Shown here: positions 28,339 through 39,457 of the stretch, in pieces | Position numbering within the stretch: the stretch's first letter is position 1 | How the letters are laid out: each line of letters starts with the position of its first letter | Origin: Desulfobacterales bacterium | GTDB taxonomy: Bacteria; Desulfobacterota; Desulfobacteria; Desulfobacterales; UBA2174 | Direction: 5' to 3' | Assembly (NCBI GenBank): GCA_963668645.2 | Contig: CAXXWC010000013.1 | Span: 128,001 to 192,000 of the forward strand | Length of the DNA: 64,000 bases | The notes under the pieces: generated by a model | Told to the model about the DNA's origin: nothing | Databases searched by the model: none | The model's input: only the letters and a program-made list of their open reading frames with translations | Made by a program: the position numbers and the translations under genes

Positions 28339-29685
28339 TCAGTCCAGGCCGTAGCGCTTCATCTTGCGCCAGAGGGTGGTGCGGGGCACCCCGAGGATTT
28401 CGGCCGCCAGGGTTTTGCGCCGGCCGGTCTTGGCAAGCACTTCCCGGATATGCTCTTTTTCCCTGTCCGCCAGCGATAGGCAGGCCTGGGGGTCGAGGCG
28501 GCTCATGGAAAGCTGCTGCAGGTCGGACGGCAGGTCCCGGGGGGTGATTTCCGGCTCATCGCACAGGGCCACGGCCCGCTCGATGATGTTTTCCAACTCC
28601 CGCACATTGCCCGGAAACGGGTAGTGCGACAGGATATCGAGTACCTCGCCCGAGGCTCCGCTGACGGTCTTGCCGAAGGCGCGGGCGTACTTTTGCAGAA
28701 AGTGGCGGATCAACAGGGGCAGGTCGTCGGGCCGAGCGCGCAGGGGGGGCAGATCGATGCCCACCACGTTGAGCCGGTAGTAGAGATCTTCGCGAAATCG
28801 CCCGGCGCGCACCAGCTCCTTGAAGTCCTGGTTGCCGGCCGCCACCAGGCGCACGTCCACCGGCACCGGTTTGAGGCCGCCGACGCGCAGCAGGGTGCGC
28901 TCCTCGACGAAGCGCAGCAGCTTGACCTGCATGCTCAGGGGCATTTCGCAGACTTCGTCGAGAAAGAGGGATCCCTGGTGGGCCGCTTCCAGCAGGCCGA
29001 TCTTGGTTTCGGCCGCGCCGGTAAAGGCGCCTTTTTCGTGGCCGAACAGTTCGTTGGTGATCAGCTCCTCGCTGAACCCGCCGCAGTTGAAGGAAACAAA
29101 AGGCGCCTCGCGCCGCGGGCTGCGCTGGTGCAGGGCCCGGGCGACCATCTCCTTGCCGGTGCCGCTTTCGCCCTGGATCAGCACGTTGCAGTCCAGGGGG
29201 GCCACCTTGTCGATGATCCGGAAGACGGCCATCATGGCCGGACTGTTGCCGATGATCTCCGGCGGCCGTTTCTGGGCGAACAGGGCATCCCTGAGCGCCG
29301 CGGTCTCCTTGACCAGCGAGACCTTGTCCAGGGCCCGTTTGACCAGCAGGCGCAGTTCGGCCATCTTCACCGGTTTGGTAACGTAGTGGAAGGCCCCGGC
29401 GCGGATGGCCTCGATGGCCGAATCGATGCTGCTGTGGGCCGTGATCAGGATGACCTCGCTTTTGGCATTGCGCCGGCGCACCGCGTGCAGCAGGTCGAGG
29501 CCGCTGGCGCCCGGCAGGCGCAGGTCGCACAGGACCAGGTCGAAAGCGAGGGTCTCGATGCGTTTGAGGGCCGTTTCGGCATCGCCGAAGGTCTCCACCT
29601 CGTGGCCGTCTTTGACCAGGCCCCGCTTGATTTCGCGGCATACGATGGGTTCGTCGTCGACTACGGCGATGCGAAACGGGGCCAT
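28339..29685 (-). CDS. Sigma54-dependent response regulator (NtrC family)
   Basis: REC, GESGTGKE, GAFTGA, FREDLYYRL, PGNVRELEN, Fis-type HTH. Confidence 0.95.
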   Translation of the reverse strand: MAPFRIAVVDDEPIVCREIKRGLVKDGHEVETFGDAETALKRIETLAFDLVLCDLRLPGASGLDLLHAVRRRNAKSEVILITAHSSIDSAIEAIRAGAFHYVTKPVKMAELRLLVKRALDKVSLVKETAALRDALFAQKRPPEIIGNSPAMMAVFRIIDKVAPLDCNVLIQGESGTGKEMVARALHQRSPRREAPFVSFNCGGFSEELITNELFGHEKGAFTGAAETKIGLLEAAHQGSLFLDEVCEMPLSMQVKLLRFVEERTLLRVGGLKPVPVDVRLVAAGNQDFKELVRAGRFREDLYYRLNVVGIDLPPLRARPDDLPLLIRHFLQKYARAFGKTVSGASGEVLDILSHYPFPGNVRELENIIERAVALCDEPEITPRDLPSDLQQLSMSRLDPQACLSLADREKEHIREVLAKTGRRKTLAAEILGVPRTTLWRKMKRYGLD

Positions 29686-29691
29686 GGGGTC

Positions 29692-31155
29692 TCAGCCGAT
29701 CTCCGGAGTATATTCAAGGCCGGGGGTGGTGGCCGTTGCGGCCATGGGCAGGTAGATCGAAAAGCGGGTCCCCTGGGCGGGACTGCTGTCGACCTCCATG
29801 CGGCCGCCATGCTTCTTGATAATGCTGTAGCTCACCGAAAGCCCCAGCCCGGTGCCCACCCCTTCTTTCTTGGTGGTGAAAAACGGGTCGAAGATCCGGT
29901 CGATGATCTCGGCCCCGATGCCCGGGCCCGTGTCGGCCACTTCGATGCGGATCTCATGGCCTGACGGCGCCTTGGCCACCGTCACCTGCAGCGAACCGCC
30001 GTCGTTCATGGCCTGGATGGCGTTCATGAACAGGTTGAGCAGCACCTGCTGCATGCCTCCCTTGTCCAGGTAGATCTGCGGCAGGTCCGGGGTGATCTGT
30101 TTGACCAGGCGGATGTTGTGCAGGCGCATCTCGTTGCCGATCAGCCGGATGGTCTTGTCGACAAGCTCCTCCAGATTGACCGTTTCCATCCTCGGATGGC
30201 TCGCCCGGGAAAACTCCAGCAGGTTTTTGACGATCTCGCTGGTCCGGTCGGCCTGGTCCATGGCGTCCTGATAGAGGCGGCGGCGTTCTTCGTCCGGCAT
30301 GCGGTCGCCGTCCTCGATCAGCGATTCGAGGATCAGCGAGATGTTGTTGATCGGATTGTTGATCTCGTGGGCGATGCCGGCCGTCAGGGTGCCGATGGAG
30401 GCGATCTTGCGCGACTGGACGAGCTGGGCCTGGCGTTTTTCCAGTTCGCGCATCATGCGGTTGATGGCGGCCACGAGGTGGTGGATTTCATTCTTGTGCC
30501 CCCCGTAGGCGGTGATCTGCTCGAAGGCGCCGCGGGCCACGGCCTCCGATTCGCGGGTGATGCGGGCCAGGGGGCGCACCACCCGTTCGCCGATAAAAAA
30601 GATCACGAAGGCCAGCAGGCTCACCAGCGCCAGCAGGCTCATCAGGGGCAGCGGCACCATCTTGCGCAGCAGGGTGTCGATGGCCCGGCGCTCGGTGGCC
30701 GACAACTGGTCGGCCAGCAGCACCAGGTTCTGGCCCACGCCGCGGATCTGCACCTCCAGATCGGCGCAGCGTCCGCCGTCGCAGTCGCTGCGGCCCAGAC
30801 GGGTCATCAGGTCTATGTAGTCTTGGACATTCTGAACGAAGCGCTGGTGGTTTTCCTTGCCGATGGCCTCGGCGAGGCTTTCGCGCTCGCGCTCCAGGGT
30901 CACGGCAAGCTGGTTGGTATAGGTGATGGCCTCTTCGTAGTTGAAGCGCTGGCGGTAGAGAAAATAGTTTTTCTCGTAGCGGCGCATTTCGAGGATGGTG
31001 CTGTTGAGCTCCTGGGCCACTTCGAAAAACTGCATGGAATGGGAAAGGCGCCGGAAGTTGCGGTCGTTAAGGGCGATGATGGCCGCCATAACGACAAAGC
31101 AGACCAGAAAGGCGGTGACGATCTGCATGCGAATGGTTTGCGGCAAGAACTTCAT
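29692..31155 (-). CDS. HAMP-domain sensor histidine kinase
   Basis: Two TMs; [31 protein letters not shown]. Confidence 0.93.
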   Translation of the reverse strand: MKFLPQTIRMQIVTAFLVCFVVMAAIIALNDRNFRRLSHSMQFFEVAQELNSTILEMRRYEKNYFLYRQRFNYEEAITYTNQLAVTLERERESLAEAIGKENHQRFVQNVQDYIDLMTRLGRSDCDGGRCADLEVQIRGVGQNLVLLADQLSATERRAIDTLLRKMVPLPLMSLLALVSLLAFVIFFIGERVVRPLARITRESEAVARGAFEQITAYGGHKNEIHHLVAAINRMMRELEKRQAQLVQSRKIASIGTLTAGIAHEINNPINNISLILESLIEDGDRMPDEERRRLYQDAMDQADRTSEIVKNLLEFSRASHPRMETVNLEELVDKTIRLIGNEMRLHNIRLVKQITPDLPQIYLDKGGMQQVLLNLFMNAIQAMNDGGSLQVTVAKAPSGHEIRIEVADTGPGIGAEIIDRIFDPFFTTKKEGVGTGLGLSVSYSIIKKHGGRMEVDSSPAQGTRFSIYLPMAATATTPGLEYTPEIG

Positions 31156-31320
31156 GGCATCCTTAGGCGGTGGGGTAAACAGATTGTTTCATAGCCCTAC
31201 GGCGATGCAATTACAAGCCCCGTGCATCATTCAACTGCATCGAAGAATTGGGAAAAGTGCCCTGCTGCAAGATCGCCCAAGACCGACGGCGGGCTCGGCG
31301 CGTTTGGACCGGTCGCTGCA

Positions 31321-31356
31321 AAAAGCGCCGCCGCCGGTGACCCGGCGACGGCGCTT
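31321..31356 (-). terminator. Intrinsic terminator after metK
   Basis: GC-rich hairpin followed by a T run on the minus strand. Confidence 0.65.
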
Positions 31357-31402
31357 GAAAGGCTGGATGAACGGTTTTTTCGAGGCTTGCCCGCGGGCGT
31401 GC

Positions 31403-32575
31403 TCAAGCCGCCCGGCGGATTTCCTCGGCCCGGGTCGTTTTTTCCCAGGTAAACTCCGGTTCGCTGCGACCGAAATGGCCGTAGGCCGCCGTTTTGGCGT
31501 AGATGGGGCGCAGCAGATCGAGATATTCGATGATCGCGGCCGGCCGCAGGTCGTAGACGTCCAGCAGGATGTCGCGGATGGCCTCGTCGTCGATGGCGCC
31601 CGTGCCGAAGGTGTCGACCAGCAGTGAGACCGGTTCAGCCACGCCGATGGCATAGGCCACCTGAACTTCACAGCGGCGGGCCAGGCCTGCGGCGACAACG
31701 TTCTTGGCGATATGGCGCGCCATGTACGAAGCGCTTCGATCCACCTTGGAAGGATCTTTGCCGGAAAAGGCGCCACCGCCATGGCGCCCCTGGCCGCCGT
31801 AGGTGTCGACGATGATCTTGCGCCCGGTCAGCCCGCAGTCGCCCATGGGACCGCCGACCACGAAGCGGCCCGTGGGGTTGACAAAGTAGCGGGTCTTGGC
31901 GTCCAGCATTCCGGCCGGGATCGTTTCTTTGATGATCTCGCGCAAAATTTGTGCCTCGAGCTCCTTATGGCCGATCTCCGGGGTGTGCTGGGTCGAGACG
32001 ACGACCGTATCCACGCGCCGCGGCCTGCCGTCCACATACTCGATGGTGACCTGGGATTTGCCGTCCGGCCGCAGGAAATCGAGGACTCCGGTTTTGCGCG
32101 CCGCGGCCAGCCGTTGGGTCAGCTTGTGGGCGAACATGATCGGCATGGGCATCAATTCGGGGGTTTCGTCCGTGGCGTAGCCGAACATCAGGCCCTGGTC
32201 ACCGGCCCCCTGCTCTTTGAAAAGTCCCTCCTGCGTATTGACTCCCTGGGCGATATCGGGCGACTGCTGGTCGATGCTGGTGGTGACGGCGCAGGTTTTA
32301 TGATCGAATCCCATGTCCGAAGAGTCGTAGCCGATCTGTGCGATGGTGTCCCGGGCCACGCGGGGGATGTCGACGTAGCAGTCGGTGGTGATTTCCCCGC
32401 CGATGAACACCATCCCGGTGGTCACCAGGGTCTCGCAGGCCACGCGGCTGCGGCGGTCCTGGGCCAGGATGGCATCCAGGACGCTGTCTGAAATGGCGTC
32501 GGCCACCTTGTCGGGATGCCCTTCGGTCACCGATTCGGATGTAAACAAGTATGACGGCTTTTTTTGGGCTTTCAT
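31403..32575 (-). CDS. metK: S-adenosylmethionine synthetase
   Basis: [35 protein letters not shown]. Confidence 0.98.
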   Translation of the reverse strand: MKAQKKPSYLFTSESVTEGHPDKVADAISDSVLDAILAQDRRSRVACETLVTTGMVFIGGEITTDCYVDIPRVARDTIAQIGYDSSDMGFDHKTCAVTTSIDQQSPDIAQGVNTQEGLFKEQGAGDQGLMFGYATDETPELMPMPIMFAHKLTQRLAAARKTGVLDFLRPDGKSQVTIEYVDGRPRRVDTVVVSTQHTPEIGHKELEAQILREIIKETIPAGMLDAKTRYFVNPTGRFVVGGPMGDCGLTGRKIIVDTYGGQGRHGGGAFSGKDPSKVDRSASYMARHIAKNVVAAGLARRCEVQVAYAIGVAEPVSLLVDTFGTGAIDDEAIRDILLDVYDLRPAAIIEYLDLLRPIYAKTAAYGHFGRSEPEFTWEKTTRAEEIRRAA

Positions 32576-32603
32576 CGATAGTCTCCTTTTCTGGTTGTTA
32601 CGG

Positions 32604-33371
32604 TCAGGCAAGGCCTGCAAGCATATTGTCGGGGATGTCTTCGAGTTTGCGGCCGATAACGGCCCAATAGAAAAGCGGCCGGCCATCCTGGCACAACCGG
32701 TGCCGGTAGCGGTGCTTGATCTGGATCTCGAACAGGTCGGCATCGGTGATCCGTTCGATGAGACAACGGAATCCCGAACAGTCCTTTGTGTCGATAAAAT
32801 CTTCCTTGATGTTGAAGGCCACCCATCCGTTGGGGGCGATGTAATTGTAGCCGGCCGCGAAGGCTTGGGGCGGAATGTCGTCGAAACCGAGGGCCGCGAC
32901 GACCGTCATGCAGTTGAAATCCCGGCGCTGCAGCGATTGATCCACTTCGGACGGCGGATCGGTCAGATCGATTACGTGGTAATCCTCATACAGTCCCGGC
33001 CGGTCGCGCACCGCAGCATCCCGAGCCTCTTCGATGATGTCGATGCCCACGATCGATTCGGCGCCCATGCCGACCAACTGCTCGGCCACCATCCCGTTGC
33101 CGGCGCCGATATCCAGCACCGAAAGCGCCTCTGTGTCTTCATCCGGCTCGCCCATCTGCTCCTGGAGCAGCGAACAGACCACTTCCGGGGAATTGCATTG
33201 GTAGCGCTCGTAGAAAAGGTGCTCGTAGAGCCCTGGGATTTCGTAGATCTTGTCGTAGTCGTGGAAAAGGATCTTCTCTTTGATCCCGTCGCGATCCACG
33301 ATGAAGTACTCCAGTCCCTGTTTGATCTTGTCCATCTCGGGGAAATGAATCACCATGCCTTCTGCTTCCAT
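32604..33371 (-). CDS. Class I SAM-dependent methyltransferase
   Basis: VLDIGAGNG motif I, IVGIDI motif II. Confidence 0.85.
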   Translation of the reverse strand: MEAEGMVIHFPEMDKIKQGLEYFIVDRDGIKEKILFHDYDKIYEIPGLYEHLFYERYQCNSPEVVCSLLQEQMGEPDEDTEALSVLDIGAGNGMVAEQLVGMGAESIVGIDIIEEARDAAVRDRPGLYEDYHVIDLTDPPSEVDQSLQRRDFNCMTVVAALGFDDIPPQAFAAGYNYIAPNGWVAFNIKEDFIDTKDCSGFRCLIERITDADLFEIQIKHRYRHRLCQDGRPLFYWAVIGRKLEDIPDNMLAGLA

Positions 33372-33384
33372 CGTCGACCTCCTT

Positions 33385-34809
33385 TCAATAGCGGTAATGT
33401 TCCGGTTTGTAGGGGCCGTCCGGCGGCACACCGATATAGTCGGCCTGGGACTGGGTTATGCGCGTCAGCCGGGCCCCCAAATGCGCCAGGTGCAGCCGGG
33501 CCACCTCCTCGTCAAGCCGCTTGCCCAGACGGTAGACCCCCACGGCCCGCTCCCGGTTGCGCCACAGGTCGATCTGGGCCAGGGTCTGGTTGGTGAACGA
33601 ACTGCTCATCACGAAGCTCGGATGCCCCGTGGCGCAGCCCAGGTTGACCAGCCTTCCTTCGGCCAGAAGATAGATCGCGTGCCCGTCGGCAAAGGTGAAC
33701 CGGTGCACCGGGCACTCGGCCCCCTTGATCTGCTCGACCCGGACCCCGGGCCAGGCCCGCAGTCTGCCCACCTGGATCTCGTTGTCGAAATGGCCGATGT
33801 TGCACACGATGGCCTGGTCCTTCATCTTGGCCATGTGCTCGGCGCGAATCACGTCGCAGTTGCCCGTGGTGGTCACATAGATGTCGGCCAGCGGCAGGGC
33901 GTCTTCCACCGTGCAGACCTTGAACCCGGCCATGCAGGCCTGCAGGGCGCAGATCGGGTCCACTTCGCTGACCAGCACCCGGGCCCGCTCGTTGCGCATG
34001 GCCTCGGCGCTGCCCTTGCCCACGTCCCCGTAGCCGCAGATCATCACCGTCTTGCCTGAAATGAGCACGTCCATGGCCCGCTTGATCCCGTCGGTGAGCG
34101 AGTGGCGGCACCCGTAGATGTTGTCGAACTTGGACTTGGTCACCGAGTCGTTGACGTTGATGGCCGGCACGAGCAGCTCGCCGCGCTCCATCATCTGGTA
34201 GAGCCGGTGCACCCCGGTGGTGGTCTCCTCCGAGACCCCCTTCCACCCGGCCACGTGGCGCTGCCAGAAGGCGGGATCTTCTTGCTGCAAATCCTTGAGC
34301 AGGCCGTTGATGATGGAAAGCTCCGGGTTGTCGGTGGGCACATCCAGGATCGCCGGGTCCTTTTCGGCGGAGTAGCCCCGGTGCATCAGCAAGGTGGCGT
34401 CCCCGCCGTCGTCCACGATCAGCTGGGGGCCGCTGCCGTCAGGCCAGGTCATGGCCTTGAGGGTGCACCACCAGTAGTCTTGCAGGGTTTCACCCTTCCA
34501 GGCGTAGACCGGAATGTTCCGGGCCGCGATGGCCGCGGCGGCCTGGTCCTGGGTGGAAAAGATGTTGCACGAGGCCCAGCGTACGCTGGCGCCCAGTTCG
34601 ACCAGGGTTTCGATGAGCACCGCGGTCTGGATCGTCATGTGCAAGCTGCCCATGACGCGCACCCCGGCCAGGGGTTTTTGCGGTCCGTACTTGGCCCGGG
34701 TGGCCATCAGGCCGGGCATTTCCTTTTCGGCAATCTCTATCTCCCGGCGGCCGGCCCCGGCCAGGGTGATGTCGGCGACCTTGTAGTCTTCTTTGCGAGC
34801 CATCAGCAT
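33385..34809 (-). CDS. ahcY: Adenosylhomocysteinase
   Basis: [48 protein letters not shown]. Confidence 0.98.
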   Translation of the reverse strand: MLMARKEDYKVADITLAGAGRREIEIAEKEMPGLMATRAKYGPQKPLAGVRVMGSLHMTIQTAVLIETLVELGASVRWASCNIFSTQDQAAAAIAARNIPVYAWKGETLQDYWWCTLKAMTWPDGSGPQLIVDDGGDATLLMHRGYSAEKDPAILDVPTDNPELSIINGLLKDLQQEDPAFWQRHVAGWKGVSEETTTGVHRLYQMMERGELLVPAINVNDSVTKSKFDNIYGCRHSLTDGIKRAMDVLISGKTVMICGYGDVGKGSAEAMRNERARVLVSEVDPICALQACMAGFKVCTVEDALPLADIYVTTTGNCDVIRAEHMAKMKDQAIVCNIGHFDNEIQVGRLRAWPGVRVEQIKGAECPVHRFTFADGHAIYLLAEGRLVNLGCATGHPSFVMSSSFTNQTLAQIDLWRNRERAVGVYRLGKRLDEEVARLHLAHLGARLTRITQSQADYIGVPPDGPYKPEHYRY

Positions 34810-35445
34810 GCAGCAAACTCCTTGATTCTGATTGTTAACGCCATGATTCCATCCCTGCCACAGGCTTTGAAACCGGACGCACCGCGGCAGAAAAGCGCTT
34901 TTGTGCGGCTTCATGCCTGCACCTAAAGCGGTCAATATATTTTAAACAACGGGTGCCTGTGCTTCGTGCGATCGGGCGTGGTCCCGGGTAATGTCTTCGT
35001 CGGATCGAGCAATCTCGACAAAAACCAATGCCTCAGAAAGGATCTCGGATGAAGAGACACGAGGCAGGTGAAACGGTAAGTGCGCGAACCGGGACGCTCA
35101 GGTCATTTTAATAGAATACGAACTGTTAGCAATTTAACCAAAAATGATCCTGAAAGATGCCCTGTGGCATTGTTAAAAGACTATATAATCTGTTTATAGA
35201 AGGTTTCATGCCACATCGCCAGGTCAGTTTCGTACTGACATTATTCGCATAGATAGTATCGACACGAACTATAGTCAAGATCTTTTTTTAAATACCTATT
35301 CAGGATAGAAAAAAAGTCCGGCAATTGCCGGTGAAGTGAGACGGAAGTGGTCGGCGGCGCCCCATACCGGCGAGCGCCGATTCTCGATGCATTATTGCGA
35401 GGCAAAGCCGGAAGTTGGGTATGGCGATAAGAACGGTGCGGCAAT

Positions 35446-36651
35446 TCAGGGTTCGATGGGCGGCGGGAGGAGACATTGGCCCCCGGGCAGGTTCCGGTCC
35501 GGTACCAGCAGCAGAAAGAGGGTTGCGGCGGCCATCAGGACCGTGCCCAGGGGGAAGGCGAAGCGCAGCGCAACCAGATCCATCATGATTCCGGCGACTA
35601 AAGATCCACAGAGCATCCCGAGGCTGTGCGCCATGGTGATCAGGCTCATCACCGATCCCATGGCATCCGCACGGTTTCCTTTGACCACGGCTACGGCCAT
35701 GAGGGCCGGCATGGAGATGCCGCCGCCCAGGCCCACCAGGATGCTGGCCAAGAACAGGGCCGCCTGAGAGGTGGCGGGGTAAAAAAGAAACATCCCGCTG
35801 CCGATGAGGATGCCCCCCACGATCATCATCGGGCGTTTGCCCACCCGGTCGGCCGCAAAGCCCATGGGCAGGTGCATCAACCCGCTGATAAATACGCCGA
35901 GGACCACCAGAACGCCGATGGCCATGCTGGACAGGCCGAAATCGCGGTCGGCCAGCACCGGCAGGAAGCCCCACATGATCCCGATGCAGGCTGCGTAAGC
36001 CCAGCGGAAGATAAAAAGGCCGCTGATTCCCCGGTCGGCGATGAGCCCGCGCCAAGGCGCCGCGGGGCGGGACCGCTGCATGGCATGTTCACGGGCCGTG
36101 GGGGGCAGAAAAATCATGGAAAAAATAAAGCTGGCCAGCGATAGCAGGCCCATGGCGCAAAAGGCGCCTGCGAGACTGAAGCGGTCCTTGATCAGCCCGC
36201 CGAGAACCGGGCCGAGGCTCAGCCCCAGGAACATGGCCATGTTGAACAGCCCCATGGTGACGCCTTCGCGCCCCTCAGGGGTGATGTCGCCGGCATAAGC
36301 CTGGATCACCGGCATCATCATGGCCGAGGCGATGCCCTGGACAAAGCGGATGGTGATCAGGCCGCCGACACTGTTCGAGAGTATAAAGGCCAGGGAGATC
36401 ACCGCATAGGCCGCCAGGCCAGCCAGGATAAAGGGGCGCCGGCCGCGGCGGTCCGACCAGCGGCCGAAATATGGCAGCAGTACGGTGCGTGAAAGGGAGA
36501 AGGCCCCGAAGATCAGGCCGATATACAGACCGCCGGCTCCCAGGGAATGGGCGTAGACCGGCAGCAGGGGGACCACGATGCCCACCCCGGTAACGACGGT
36601 GAAAAGCGCAAAGAAAAGCGTAGCGAAGACTTTAAGATCGAAACGGGCCAT
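35446..36651 (-). CDS. MFS transporter
   Basis: About 12 hydrophobic segments; GRWSDRRGRR and GFAADRVGKR motif A. Confidence 0.92.
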   Translation of the reverse strand: MARFDLKVFATLFFALFTVVTGVGIVVPLLPVYAHSLGAGGLYIGLIFGAFSLSRTVLLPYFGRWSDRRGRRPFILAGLAAYAVISLAFILSNSVGGLITIRFVQGIASAMMMPVIQAYAGDITPEGREGVTMGLFNMAMFLGLSLGPVLGGLIKDRFSLAGAFCAMGLLSLASFIFSMIFLPPTAREHAMQRSRPAAPWRGLIADRGISGLFIFRWAYAACIGIMWGFLPVLADRDFGLSSMAIGVLVVLGVFISGLMHLPMGFAADRVGKRPMMIVGGILIGSGMFLFYPATSQAALFLASILVGLGGGISMPALMAVAVVKGNRADAMGSVMSLITMAHSLGMLCGSLVAGIMMDLVALRFAFPLGTVLMAAATLFLLLVPDRNLPGGQCLLPPPIEP

Positions 36652-36737
36652 CCGCGGCTTTTAACACCCTGGCTCCGGTTGGGCAAGCCGGGGTTATAAC
36701 GGGGGCAATTCTCGGTAAAATGCAAAATGTGTCGGGT

Positions 36738-37562
36738 TCAGACCAGCAAAGCCGCCAGGCCGACCAGGGCACAGTAGGGGGCGAAGAGATGGAGCCGGCC
36801 CCGGCGTACGATCATGACCAGCATCCACAGGGCGCTGTAGCCCACCAGGGCCGAAACCGCCGTTCCCAGGACCACGAGGTCCAGCGGGATGTTGCCGCTG
36901 ATCAGGTCTTTGGCCGATAGCAGGGCTGCGCCACAAATGGCCGGAATGCTAAGTAGAAATGAAAAGCGGGCCGCCGTGTCGCGGCTCAGCCCCAGAATCA
37001 GGCCCAGCGCGATGGTGGCCCCGGAACGTGAAATGCCCGGAATGATGGCCACCCCCTGGATCGTGCCGATGGCCATGGCCGCCAGGGCGCCGAAGTCCAT
37101 GGCGGTGCGGTTGCGCTGCGGGCTCCAGCGGGTGGCCAGCAGCAGGCCGGTGGTGATCAGCAGGGCCAGGCCCACCAGGCGGATGGAGGAAAAAAGCCGG
37201 TCGGCCACCTCGTGAAAGACCAGTCCGATGATTGCCGTGGGAATCGAGCCGATGACGATCAAGGCGGCCAGCTTCAGGTTCGGATCCTGCCACAGCTCCC
37301 CGACACTGGCGCGCCGGCCGAGCCAGCGGCCGGCAAAACCGAAAACAGCCCCGATCAGGGCCGCCACATCCTTGCGAAAGAAGACCAGCACCGCCGCCAG
37401 GGTGCCCACGTGGACCGCCACATCGAAGACCAGGGCCGGTTCGGTGAGGCCGAAAAGGTGCTGCAGCAAGACCAGGTGCCCCGAGCTGCTGACCGGTAAA
37501 AATTCGGTCAGCCCCTGCACGATCCCCAAAACGATTGCCTGAAAAGGTTGCATCGTGTTCAA
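36738..37562 (-). CDS. uppP: Undecaprenyl-diphosphate phosphatase
   Basis: GIVQGLTEFLPVSSSGH, PGISRSGATI, ARFSFLLSIP. Confidence 0.96.
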   Translation of the reverse strand: MNTMQPFQAIVLGIVQGLTEFLPVSSSGHLVLLQHLFGLTEPALVFDVAVHVGTLAAVLVFFRKDVAALIGAVFGFAGRWLGRRASVGELWQDPNLKLAALIVIGSIPTAIIGLVFHEVADRLFSSIRLVGLALLITTGLLLATRWSPQRNRTAMDFGALAAMAIGTIQGVAIIPGISRSGATIALGLILGLSRDTAARFSFLLSIPAICGAALLSAKDLISGNIPLDLVVLGTAVSALVGYSALWMLVMIVRRGRLHLFAPYCALVGLAALLV

Positions 37563-38996
37563 CTATCCTTTAACCACCGCCATGGGCCGCAACCGCGCCA
37601 CCTTGCGCGATATGCCGGCCCCATGGACCACGTCCACCACCTGCGAGACGTCCTTGTACGCCTCGGGCATCTCTTCGGCCAGGGTCGCGCGGCCGGTCCA
37701 GCGCACCAGGATGCCCCGGTCGGCCAGTTCCCGGTAAATGGCGCGGCCCCTGCTTTTTTTCTTGGCCGCCGTGCGGCTCAGGACCCGCCCGGCCCCGTGG
37801 CAGGTGGAACCGAAGGTCTCGGCCATGGCACCCTCGGTGCCCACCAGGACATAGGAGGCCGTGCCCATGTCGCCGGGGATGATCACCGGTTGGCCGATTC
37901 TGCGAAATTCCGGCCCCAATTCCTTGCGGCCCGGGGCAAAGGCCCGTGTGGCGCCCTTGCGATGGACACAAACCCGCTGCGGCCGTCCCTCGACCGTGTG
38001 GACCTCCTCTTTGGCGATGTTGTGGCATACATCATAAAGCAGGCGCATGGCCATGGCCGCCGGCCCCTTGCCGAAGACCCGGCCCAGCACTTCGCGGCAG
38101 CGGTGCATCAGGATCTGGCGGTTGGCCCAGGCGTAGTTGGCTGCGCAGGCCATGGCCGCCAGGTAGCGTTGCCCCGTGGGCGACTGGATCGGCGTGCAGA
38201 CCAGCTGCCGATCGGGCAGATCGATTCCCGTCTGGTGCGCCTGGCGGTTCATCTCGGCTAAAAAGTCGTCGCAGACCTGGTAGCCGAACCCACGGGACCC
38301 GCTGTGGAGCATCACCGTCACCTGGGATACAAACAAGCCGAAGGCCTCGGCCACGGCCTCGTCGTAGATTTCGTCCACCACCCCCACCTCGACGAAATGA
38401 TTCCCCGAGCCGAGGGTGCCGAGCTGTTTGCGGCCCCGCTCCAGGGCGCGTTCGCCCAGCGCCTCGGGATCGGCTCCGGCCATGCAGCCCCCGTCCTCGG
38501 TGCGGGCCAGATCATCGTCACTGCCCAGTCCCTGGGCCACGGCCCAACGGCTTCCCTGGCGCAGGACCTGTTTTTCTTCGGCCACCGAAAGGTGGATCGG
38601 TCCGATGGACCCCACCCCGCAGGGAATGCGGCGATACAGGGCATCGGCCAGGTTTTCAAGCCGCGGGCGCACCTCTTCTTCGGTCAGCGCCGTGGTGGCC
38701 AGGCGCACCCCGCAGTTGATGTCGTAGCCCACCCCGCCGGGCGAGACCACCCCTTCGTCCCAGTCGAAGGCCGCCACCCCGCCGATGGGAAAACCGTAGC
38801 CCCAGTGCATGTCCGGCATGGCCAAAGAGGCACCCACGATTCCCGGCAGGCTTGCCACGTTGGCCACCTGCTGCATCGCTTCGTCCTGGCGCAGATCTTC
38901 CAGCAACGCCTCGCTGAGATAAACCCGGCCGGGAACCCGCATGCTCCCGCTGCGGGGAATCTCCCAGCGAAAGGCGTCGAGCTTGCGGATTTCCAT
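37563..38996 (-). CDS. rtcB: RNA ligase RtcB (archaeal/eukaryote-like long form)
   Basis: MPDMHWGYGFPIG, DINCG, GSGNHF, HSGSRG, HRKGATRA, HGAGR, EAYKDV. Confidence 0.96.
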   Translation of the reverse strand: MEIRKLDAFRWEIPRSGSMRVPGRVYLSEALLEDLRQDEAMQQVANVASLPGIVGASLAMPDMHWGYGFPIGGVAAFDWDEGVVSPGGVGYDINCGVRLATTALTEEEVRPRLENLADALYRRIPCGVGSIGPIHLSVAEEKQVLRQGSRWAVAQGLGSDDDLARTEDGGCMAGADPEALGERALERGRKQLGTLGSGNHFVEVGVVDEIYDEAVAEAFGLFVSQVTVMLHSGSRGFGYQVCDDFLAEMNRQAHQTGIDLPDRQLVCTPIQSPTGQRYLAAMACAANYAWANRQILMHRCREVLGRVFGKGPAAMAMRLLYDVCHNIAKEEVHTVEGRPQRVCVHRKGATRAFAPGRKELGPEFRRIGQPVIIPGDMGTASYVLVGTEGAMAETFGSTCHGAGRVLSRTAAKKKSRGRAIYRELADRGILVRWTGRATLAEEMPEAYKDVSQVVDVVHGAGISRKVARLRPMAVVKG

Positions 38997-39040
38997 AACG
39001 GCCTCCTTAATGAGTGACAAATCGGCGATCAGCCCCAGGA

Positions 39041-39457
39041 TCACAGATCCAAGATTACCCGCGCTTGCCATCCTTCGGCGCCGGCCGCCACCCGTGCCTG
39101 GTGGTAGGTCACGGCCTTGATTTCGTGGCCAACAACGTGGCGCCGGCCGTCGACCCGATCGCAAGCCAGGCGGGCGGCAATCTGTCGCGGGTCAAGCCGG
39201 GTAATGGTGATCTGGCGCACCAGCAGGTCCCGCCCGTTGAACAGGTAGAGCAGTTCGCGCAGCCAGTTGACCATCAGATCGGTCCAGTCCGCACCTTGCA
39301 CGCTTATCTCACAGGCCATACGGTCGCAAGGGCCTTTGGCCGTGGCCAGCAGATCGCACAGGGCCCGGGCCGCTTCGATAAACAGGGCCTGCGCATCCGG
39401 CGCCGTTACCTCGATTCCGGCATCGGCGGTATGCTCGATGAGCCGGTAGGCGTTCAC
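39041..39457 (-). CDS. Archease
   Basis: EHTAD at N-terminus, EIKAVTYH, C-terminal ILDL; GTG start overlaps upstream stop. Confidence 0.92.
   Translation of the reverse strand: MNAYRLIEHTADAGIEVTAPDAQALFIEAARALCDLLATAKGPCDRMACEISVQGADWTDLMVNWLRELLYLFNGRDLLVRQITITRLDPRQIAARLACDRVDGRRHVVGHEIKAVTYHQARVAAGAEGWQARVILDL

Noticed and set aside
34810..35445. SAM or SAH riboswitch upstream of ahcY
   Set aside because: I could not find SAM-I or SAH consensus elements by eye; an Rfam scan would settle it.
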